64,000 bases of DNA from Candidatus Berkelbacteria bacterium (GTDB lineage: Bacteria > Patescibacteriota > UBA1384 > DTJR01), in the NCBI GenBank assembly GCA_029865605.1, contig JAOUGE010000002.1, forward strand, positions 24,555-88,554. The letters run 5' to 3'. Position numbers and translations under genes: made by a program. This document shows, piece by piece, positions 57,812-64,000 of this stretch. Position 1 is the stretch's first letter, and each line of letters starts with the position of its first letter. Under the pieces are notes generated by a model. That model was not told the DNA's origin, made no database searches, and was given only the letters and a program-made list of their open reading frames with translations.

Positions 57812-58468
57812 ATGAATAAATATGTAAACTATATAAAGGTTTTGTTCGTTTGCGCAGCGGTCATTTTGATTGGTGTAGTAGCGACGGGGGCATATTTTAC
57901 TGATCGCGAGACCTCGGTGAACAATTCATTTACTGCGGCAATCTGGTCACCAACCCCGTTGCCCTTACCGTCACCGGGTGCTGCTAATATTCTTATCACA
58001 GAGGTTTACTATAATCCGGATGCGAATCACGGCACTGCCGATGACGAGTGGATCGAAATATATAATGCTGGTTCGGGTTCTGTTAATCTGAAAGGCTGGA
58101 TCTTGTGGGATAACAACTCGAGCGAAACAATTCACGAGAATCATATTTTGAATCCCGGGGAATATGCCCTGATATCCTCCAATGCCAGCACTTGGAACTA
58201 CTGGTCCGAGCCGTCAAGTGCCGAAATAATAATTGTCGGCGGGTTGGAGTTATTTAATGGACTGGCAAACACTGGCGACAGGGTAGTTTTGTTTAATCCG
58301 ACGCCTTCTGAAAAAGACGCCGTGAGCTGGGGAACAGACACCTATGCCTTCTCTCCGTCTGTGGCTGTTTTTACTCAGGGCCACTCAGCCGAGCGATCTA
58401 ACCATTCAGTAGATACCAACAGCGCTTCAGATTGGATAGATCAGACTAATCCAACACCAGGAGGATAA
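57812..58468 (+). CDS. secreted lamin-tail-domain (LTD) protein with a SipW-cognate signal peptide
   Basis: ...VVATGAYFTDRETSVNNSFTAA..., then ILITEVYYNPDANHGTADDEWIEIYNAGSGSVNLKGWILWD, the LTD signature. Confidence 0.65.
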   Translation: MNKYVNYIKVLFVCAAVILIGVVATGAYFTDRETSVNNSFTAAIWSPTPLPLPSPGAANILITEVYYNPDANHGTADDEWIEIYNAGSGSVNLKGWILWDNNSSETIHENHILNPGEYALISSNASTWNYWSEPSSAEIIIVGGLELFNGLANTGDRVVLFNPTPSEKDAVSWGTDTYAFSPSVAVFTQGHSAERSNHSVDTNSASDWIDQTNPTPGG

Positions 58469-58469
58469 A

Positions 58470-59441
58470 ATGGCAAAAAAAAGAATGGTTAGAAGAAATA
58501 GTAAAAAGCTTGGTAATCTGCTTGTTGCTATCTCTGTTTGTCTGGGTTTGGTCGGCATGGCTAATTTTGCCCTTAAAGCACAGGCTGACAGCTTGTCGGC
58601 TGGGCCGTTGACAATAACTTATACCGGGAGCGGGCCGATTTTCAACGAAGTTAATATTGCTCCTGGTGCAACCTTCAACAAAGACATCACGGTGACTAAC
58701 GATGGCTCGGTCGCTCATTCCTTTGCTTTGGCGACCGATAATGTTTCCGGTGATTTGGCCGATAAGGTTTATCTTGAGCCGGTCGGCGGGGAAGTCTGGA
58801 AGATGTCGATTAAGGAACTCTCGGAAATTCCCACTGTCAGCAAGACGGTCGTTTCGAGCATTGCTCCCGGTGCTTCGGCGGCAATAACACTGAAAGCGGA
58901 ATTCGATACAGCGGCGGATAATGCCTATCAAAATAAGGGAGTATCTTTCGATTTAGTTTTTGGCTCGCAGGAGGCGGAGCCGACTCCGGTGTCATCTCCT
59001 TCACCTTCGCCAGTGGCGGTTGCTAGCCCAACTGTTGATGCAATTGGCGGTGGCTATCTCGCTTTTGCTCCTTTGCCCGCTATCGTTTCACCTGCGCCCT
59101 CAGCTTTGGCTTCGCCGAGCCCGGAGGGGGAAGTAAAGGGGGCGGGAGAAGAGAAGGAGACGGGCAAGTCCTGGCCGTTGCTTCTGATTGTGCCAGCTGT
59201 GGCAATAGCGAGCCTGCTTATTCCACTCGGCTCGAGAACAGGCATCAGGACTCCTATCGTTGCCGGAGCGGTGGCTGCGATCTTGTCTTATTTCTATAAA
59301 GGGACACTCGAGCCCTGGATTTTCTGGCTGATTCTGATTGTGGAAGTCATCGTTATTCTGGTTGCTGGTTGGTTTATCGTTTCTCGATACAGAACGAGGA
59401 AAGCCAGAGAGAAGAGAGCGGCTTCGAGGAAGAAAAGGTAA
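58470..59441 (+). CDS. secreted protein with an N-terminal signal, a beta-rich domain, an Ala/Pro/Ser linker and C-terminal TM segments plus a basic tail
   Basis: ATG one nt after the upstream stop. Ends ...RYRTRKAREKRAASRKKR*. Confidence 0.45.
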   Translation: MAKKRMVRRNSKKLGNLLVAISVCLGLVGMANFALKAQADSLSAGPLTITYTGSGPIFNEVNIAPGATFNKDITVTNDGSVAHSFALATDNVSGDLADKVYLEPVGGEVWKMSIKELSEIPTVSKTVVSSIAPGASAAITLKAEFDTAADNAYQNKGVSFDLVFGSQEAEPTPVSSPSPSPVAVASPTVDAIGGGYLAFAPLPAIVSPAPSALASPSPEGEVKGAGEEKETGKSWPLLLIVPAVAIASLLIPLGSRTGIRTPIVAGAVAAILSYFYKGTLEPWIFWLILIVEVIVILVAGWFIVSRYRTRKAREKRAASRKKR

Positions 59442-59642
59442 CAACGAGTATTTGATCTTGAGAAAAGCAATAATAACCCACTAACCTTGACTTATGGGGG
59501 GGATTTGGAGTAAGTTAATGCCGACGGTTAAGGAGCAATAGCTTGACCGCGCGGCGCTTTTAGCGCTAGTTTCAAAATCCATGCCCGCCGGCAGGCGGGC
59601 AGTTCGGGCTCAAAGCTCGGACGATATGCGGAGGTCGGAACG

Positions 59643-60407
59643 ATGGGACGGATCGGCCCAGCTGTTCTGATGTTGCTGACTTTCGTCGTCTTGGCCGGAT
59701 GCGGAGGATCCGGCCCCGGAAACGGCGGAGGTGGTGATCTCCAACTCTCTCTCACTGGTGGCGGGCCGCCGACGTCGGGGGGCGGCCGAATGTACTACCC
59801 GATGCTGGAAGGTGAGTCCAGGCCCCTCAAGTGTACCTGGGCCGGTGGGCCGGTCTCGGGTGCTCCGGTGTGGACGATCACATCGGATAACCCCCGGGTC
59901 AAACCTGTTACGGCTCGCTTCAACGCGATGCGCCTGCCCCCTGAAACGCTGGGGGGAAACCTCCTCTTGATGGGGACGGTGTATGAGGAGGGCTGGAACC
60001 GAGTCCGGGTGGAGTACGGCGGCCAGAGCAAGGAGGTATGGGTGAAGGGAGACCCCACGGATTGGTCGCCGCCGAAGATGACTGCTCCACTCAATGCTAG
60101 TGGCGCTCGGCTTGAAGTGGTGGGCGATCCCTCAGTCTGGTCGACCTCGCTGGCCTATGGTAGTAGCAACTACTGGACGGAACAGACCGGGGTCTTGGAG
60201 ATCGGTGCCCAAATCGTGGGAGACTACCCTGGCGCCTCCCCACCGCAGTGGACAGCCGAGCAATCTCGCCTAGAGTTTGTCGGCTTGTCCAGGGGCTGGA
60301 AGGTCAAGTTCGAGATCAAGGACCTGCAGTATGGGCGGTTCTGGCCGTTGACGGCGGAGATCGGGGGGTATGCTGTCACGGTGGGGATCAGCGGGAATGT
60401 GAACTAG
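59643..60407 (+). CDS. lipoprotein paralogue A (GC-rich; function unknown)
   Basis: MGRIGPAVLMLLTFVVLAGCGG, a signal peptide plus lipobox Cys. Conserved blocks YYPMLEGESRPLKCTWAGGPVSGAPVWT, WNRVRVEYGGQSKEVWVKGD and TAPLNASGARLEVVGDPSVWST. Confidence 0.6.
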   Translation: MGRIGPAVLMLLTFVVLAGCGGSGPGNGGGGDLQLSLTGGGPPTSGGGRMYYPMLEGESRPLKCTWAGGPVSGAPVWTITSDNPRVKPVTARFNAMRLPPETLGGNLLLMGTVYEEGWNRVRVEYGGQSKEVWVKGDPTDWSPPKMTAPLNASGARLEVVGDPSVWSTSLAYGSSNYWTEQTGVLEIGAQIVGDYPGASPPQWTAEQSRLEFVGLSRGWKVKFEIKDLQYGRFWPLTAEIGGYAVTVGISGNVN

Positions 60408-60422
60408 CGTTTTCGTTCTCAA

Positions 60423-60450
60423 AGGGGCGGGCCTGTGTAGGCCCGCCCCT
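60423..60450 (+). terminator. intrinsic terminator
   Basis: AGGGGCGGGCC-tgtgt-AGGCCCGCCCCT followed by TTCTCGTATT. Confidence 0.6.
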
Positions 60451-60620
60451 TTCTCGTATTGAGTATTGACTTTTTAAGATATTTATGGTATAGTTTTTGC
60501 CGACGGTTAAGGAGTGATGACTTGACCGCGAAGCGCTTTAAGCGCTAGTTTCAAAATCTATGCCCGCCGGCAGGCGGGCAGTTCGGGCGCAAAGCTCGGA
60601 CGATATGCGGAGGTCGGACG

Positions 60621-61496
60621 ATGGGACGGTACGCTCTGGTCGTTCTGATGTTGACGGCGTTCGTCGTTCTGGCCGGATGCGGATCCGGCCCCGGAGTCAA
60701 CGAGATGTCTGGTGGCGGCTTCGCCGCCGCCTCTGAGAATGGGGAGTTCGTCCCGGCGGACGAGCCGGGCGACCTGGTCTTGGACGAGCCGTTCGATCCC
60801 CAGGCGGCTTTGGAGCTCCCTCTCCCGGAGGTGGCCGCGGCGGCTAGCCCGTTGAAGCTCTGGCTGACGGGGGGCCGGGCGCTGAAGCACGACACTGGGA
60901 CCGGCCGTGACTATTACCCAATGAAGATGGGGGAGTCCCGACCTATCTGCTGCACCTGGAGCGGCGGGACCGTCACTAACCTGCCGGTCTGGACTGCTCC
61001 TCTCGACCCCTACGCTCGGGTCGGGATCAACGCTATGCATCAACCCCCCAGGACGCTGAACCGCAACTTCCTCTACCCTAAGGACGGAGGGGAGCTGTGG
61101 AACCAGGTGCGCGTGAGGTATGGCGGCCGGACGCAGAGCGTCTGGGTCAAAGTGGATGGCCTCTGGCCGCGACCTGGCCAGACTGCGCCGCTGAATCCCG
61201 CCGGGGCGCGGCTGAAGATCGTAGGGAGCGCCTCTGCGTGGTCTACGGGCACCCAGCACGGTGCGCGGTACTTCTGGACTACGCAGAGCGGCATCCTGAC
61301 CTTGCGAGCTAGGATGGTGGGAAGCTACGCTAACTCGCCTACGCCGATGTGGACGGCTGACCAAGCGAAGCTGAAGTTCGTCGGCTCGTCCACAGGGAGG
61401 ACGGTCCAGTTTCGGATCCGTCAGCGGGGTGAGTGGTACCCTCTGACGGCGAAAGTAGGAGTCTTCTCTGTCACGGTCTTGGTCAAGGGGCAATAG
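60621..61496 (+). CDS. lipoprotein paralogue B (GC-rich; function unknown)
   Basis: MGRYALVVLMLTAFVVLAGCGSG, plus the same conserved blocks (YYPMKMGESRPICCTWSGGTVTNLPVWT...). Confidence 0.6.
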   Translation: MGRYALVVLMLTAFVVLAGCGSGPGVNEMSGGGFAAASENGEFVPADEPGDLVLDEPFDPQAALELPLPEVAAAASPLKLWLTGGRALKHDTGTGRDYYPMKMGESRPICCTWSGGTVTNLPVWTAPLDPYARVGINAMHQPPRTLNRNFLYPKDGGELWNQVRVRYGGRTQSVWVKVDGLWPRPGQTAPLNPAGARLKIVGSASAWSTGTQHGARYFWTTQSGILTLRARMVGSYANSPTPMWTADQAKLKFVGSSTGRTVQFRIRQRGEWYPLTAKVGVFSVTVLVKGQ

Positions 61497-61518
61497 CCAC
61501 CTCGACCTCTAGTACTCG

Positions 61519-61547
61519 ATGGGGCGGACCTACATAGGTCCGCCCCA
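61519..61547 (+). terminator. intrinsic terminator
   Basis: ATGGGGCGGACC-tacat-AGGTCCGCCCCAT followed by TCTTGTTT. Confidence 0.6.
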
Positions 61548-61644
61548 TTCTTGTTTAGTTGATATTTCTGTTTGACAGCAAATTCTAATTTGATAGCCTT
61601 AAATTAGTCAGCCTTTTACTGCAATCTGTCCAGAGGAGGAGTTT

Positions 61645-64000
61645 TTGGATGTAAAAAGCGTCACTTCTTTAATAAAGAAGAGACTTGGTCGGATTTTAGC
61701 TTTGGTTATCGCCTTAGCACTTTTGGTTTCAATCTCGATTTTTAGCCACAAGGATATCGGGGCCGAAGCCATCACAATCCCAAATGGGACCTATATTTCG
61801 GCTAAAAATTTCACCTATGACTATTCCGATGTTGTTATTAAGAATGCCGATGTTACAATTGATGGCTATCATTATTTTAAGAAGTTGACGATTGGTAATG
61901 GTGGGACCTTAACCCAAAGCCCGGCCGGTATTTACCGAAAGAACACAAGAAGTCTTGACTATTATGGTTTTGTCAGCCGCTCCTGGGCATTTCATGCCGA
62001 AGGACTCTTTGACCCGGCTGCAACAAAACATTATAAATTTAAGATTACCGATGCCGATGATGCGGTACTTTTTAGAATAAATACCGAGACCTGTTTGAAC
62101 GATCCTCTTGGCTGTGGTTCGGGTAACGCTTATAGTTGGGTGCGCGCTTCTAAATCCAGCGCCGCGGCCATAGCAGCCGGCTGGCCGGCGAACAAAGTAA
62201 CAAGCAACTATGTCTCACTCGACCAAACCAAAAATTATCAAATTGAGTTGTTTTTTGCCCAAGCCAATGTGACCTATGGCACGAATAACGCTGCTTCTTT
62301 CCGCTTAAAATATTGTATGTCGGACACAGGATTACCGGCTGACTGTGATGAGGACGCGGAGTTTAATGACCTGAATACTTCAACAATGATTAAAGACAGG
62401 GACGGAACCGCCTCCCAGCTTGATCTTTCTTTTTATGTTGGCGGCAGCGGGGCGGATGTTGTGGGATTGGATAAAGACCCCCAAGGAGCTAGCCCCGACT
62501 CAACAGACGTCTTTTTTGATTTTACCAACGCTACCTCGATGGTTCACGTTTCGAGCTATAACCTCTTCTCGGCTAAAGCGTACTTCCCCAAGAGTTTAAC
62601 TGCCTCCGGCCAAGCCTATCGAAGCTATACCTCAAGCGGTTATTTGAGCACAAATTCTTCTGACAATATGGAGGATATTTACCCGATTAATCGAGCTTAT
62701 TCTGATGAAAAGGGTGTGGCAACAGCAGCGGCAACAAATCATTATTTTCAGTTTGATTTTAGCAGTTACCATTCGGGTGATAATATTGGCTACACAAATC
62801 CCTTGGGTTATCTTCCCCTTAAACAAGCAAGAGACACCGGCAGTTTTGATTACAAAAGCTATTGGGGCGCTTTTTATTCGCTGGTGGTTCTTAACGCATT
62901 AAGAAATCTGGTGCCGCTTGAAATCGAAGCTGAAACACTAGAAATTCTGAACGAGGGGAAGATAGATTTAACGGGTAAGGGTTATTCTGGGGGAAGATGG
63001 CACTATCGCAAATTTTATGAGTCGGCTTATGGGGTAACTGGCGCTCCTTCGTCGAGCGGTTTTGGCCCGGGGGGCGGTCAAGGTTACTATGCCGGTTCAA
63101 ACCAACAATCTGCCGGCGGCGGCCATGGCGGGGTCGGCGGCGGCCATAACCTGACGGTAAATGAGGGTCTAAAGTCAGTGGGAGGTAAAGACTACGGCGA
63201 GGCGTCAAACCCCCTGATCCCCGGCTCAGGTGGAGGATTGGGTTTTTATAATTCGGACACAAGCGATATTAGAGTAGGCGGGAACGGTGGAGGACAAGTT
63301 AAAATTTGGGCCAGATCGATGAAACTTGTAGGTTCGGCAAAGATAATTGCTGATGGCACTTTAGGCAACGGTTTGCATTTAAACTACAGTGGATATGATC
63401 TGCCTGATTCGTGGATTGGCGGAGGCAATCGCAACTGTACGACTGGCTGCCAAAGCTACGGCGGCGGCGGCGCAGGAGGAGCGATCCAAATAAAGGCGGC
63501 GGTAGAGCTGGTGATTGGTAATTGGGATATATATGATGATAGCCCAAGAGGAGGGATTTTTGCCGAAGGCGCTAGCTCGTTAAGCCTTGGTAATGTCCCC
63601 GATTTTGCCGGAGGGGATGGCGGCGGCGGCGGGCGGATAAGGTTTGCCGTACCGACTGAGGGTTCTCGGTCTACGCTCCAGGACGAAGTTAATAGCGCCA
63701 GTTCGGATATACGTGCTAGCCGCCGCTGCCCGACCGGGGTGACTAGCCGGTGTGGCACAAACGGAACGGTGAGAATTGCCCATGAAGCCCCGGACGCGTT
63801 TTTTACGGGGCTGACTAAAAAGAACACAATTGAAAGGATTGCTTACACTAACAGTTCTCGAGGTGAAGCAGCAAAAGATTTTAACTTCCAAGCCGGGGAA
63901 AAGGTTTTTGTTAGACTAGGAGTTCTAGCTACGGGGAATACAACTGAAGTGGTTTCGCTGGTTGAGGAAGTGAGCCGAATTAGTGGCAGTATCACAGTTA
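61645..64000 (+). CDS. large secreted Gly-rich repeat protein, 5' portion (runs off the window end); TTG start
   Basis: The frame opens after the TAA at 61600-02 and has no stop through 63999. A GAGGAGGA Shine-Dalgarno lies 4 nt before the TTG at 61645. Signal/TM (ILALVIALALLVSISIFS) and internal GGGHGGVGGGHN and GGDGGGGGR glycine runs. Confidence 0.55.
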   Translation, partial: MDVKSVTSLIKKRLGRILALVIALALLVSISIFSHKDIGAEAITIPNGTYISAKNFTYDYSDVVIKNADVTIDGYHYFKKLTIGNGGTLTQSPAGIYRKNTRSLDYYGFVSRSWAFHAEGLFDPAATKHYKFKITDADDAVLFRINTETCLNDPLGCGSGNAYSWVRASKSSAAAIAAGWPANKVTSNYVSLDQTKNYQIELFFAQANVTYGTNNAASFRLKYCMSDTGLPADCDEDAEFNDLNTSTMIKDRDGTASQLDLSFYVGGSGADVVGLDKDPQGASPDSTDVFFDFTNATSMVHVSSYNLFSAKAYFPKSLTASGQAYRSYTSSGYLSTNSSDNMEDIYPINRAYSDEKGVATAAATNHYFQFDFSSYHSGDNIGYTNPLGYLPLKQARDTGSFDYKSYWGAFYSLVVLNALRNLVPLEIEAETLEILNEGKIDLTGKGYSGGRWHYRKFYESAYGVTGAPSSSGFGPGGGQGYYAGSNQQSAGGGHGGVGGGHNLTVNEGLKSVGGKDYGEASNPLIPGSGGGLGFYNSDTSDIRVGGNGGGQVKIWARSMKLVGSAKIIADGTLGNGLHLNYSGYDLPDSWIGGGNRNCTTGCQSYGGGGAGGAIQIKAAVELVIGNWDIYDDSPRGGIFAEGASSLSLGNVPDFAGGDGGGGGRIRFAVPTEGSRSTLQDEVNSASSDIRASRRCPTGVTSRCGTNGTVRIAHEAPDAFFTGLTKKNTIERIAYTNSSRGEAAKDFNFQAGEKVFVRLGVLATGNTTEVVSLVEEVSRISGSITV

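Larger units (their letters stand above)
59518..61560 (+). repeat. tandem diverged duplication (unit about 980 bp) of leader + lipoprotein gene + terminator; GC-rich island 2
   Basis: Copy 1 starts at TGCCGACGGTTAAGGAG at 59518 and copy 2 at 60498. Both carry near-identical leaders, including GCGCTTTTAGCGC and TGCCCGCCGGCAGGCGGGCA hairpins. Confidence 0.7.

Noticed and set aside
59643-61496. Diversity-generating retroelement (template/variable repeat) as the explanation for the two similar lipoprotein genes.
   Set aside because: No reverse transcriptase is nearby. The differences between the copies are indels and all substitution types, not adenine-specific, and the whole leader and terminator are duplicated too. 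It is a plain tandem duplication.
63040-63660. Short repeated GGCGGCGGC DNA tracts, considered as a possible CRISPR or other non-coding repeat.
   Set aside because: They are in-frame Gly codons inside the long open secreted-protein ORF. The spacing is irregular and there are no spacer-like unique segments. No CRISPR array is present anywhere in the window.

Overview
Summary: The window reads as a segment of a small, AT-leaning (roughly 45-50% GC in coding DNA) bacterial chromosome, and the gene content points to a reduced-genome Gram-positive-type or Patescibacteria-like lineage. That lineage call is an inference from gene content, not a database hit. No CRISPR array, rRNA, integrase or transposase was seen. 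The structures I could not explain with standard annotation are listed as findings.

Core genes, in order:
- The first half carries housekeeping genes on the + strand: the 3' end of pnp, a family-4 uracil-DNA glycosylase, RNase J, ftsK, a RodZ-like HTH protein, recA, recX, a short pyruvate kinase, a PlsY fusion protein, dnaG and rpoD.
- A Kef-type antiporter follows on the - strand.
- Further on there is an ABC-2 transporter pair, a glycogen cluster (glgP, glgX, a GT4 glycogen-synthase-like gene and a GH57 gene) and a sortase locus.
- A cobalamin-riboswitch-like leader sits in front of a small lipoprotein gene.
- Next come NRAMP-type transporters, rubrerythrin, glutamate dehydrogenase, an SDR and an XRE-Hsp20 ORF.
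- Then comes a SipW signal peptidase with TasA-like cognate substrates.
- Many species-specific secreted or membrane proteins are present, and the window ends in a large partial Gly-rich secreted protein.

Structures not explained by standard annotation:
- An operon of an L,D-transpeptidase followed by three tandem, translationally coupled (ATGA overlaps), highly cysteine-rich 565-575 aa paralogues of a family I do not recognise (46301-52913).
- Two sharply GC-rich islands (about 65-70% GC against 30-50% flanks). The first (9460-10850) carries a FabZ-like hotdog dehydratase next to tRNA-Ser. The second (59518-61560) is a tandem roughly 980-bp duplication of lipoprotein genes, each with a conserved hairpin-rich leader and its own terminator.
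- Two large surface proteins end in LPQTG / LPETG with no hydrophobic anchor, while a sortase elsewhere sits next to a protein that has the anchor but no LPxTG.
- A HEPN (Rx4H) plus ParB-like nuclease islet lies beside tRNA-Asn.
- One tRNA carries a UAU anticodon.
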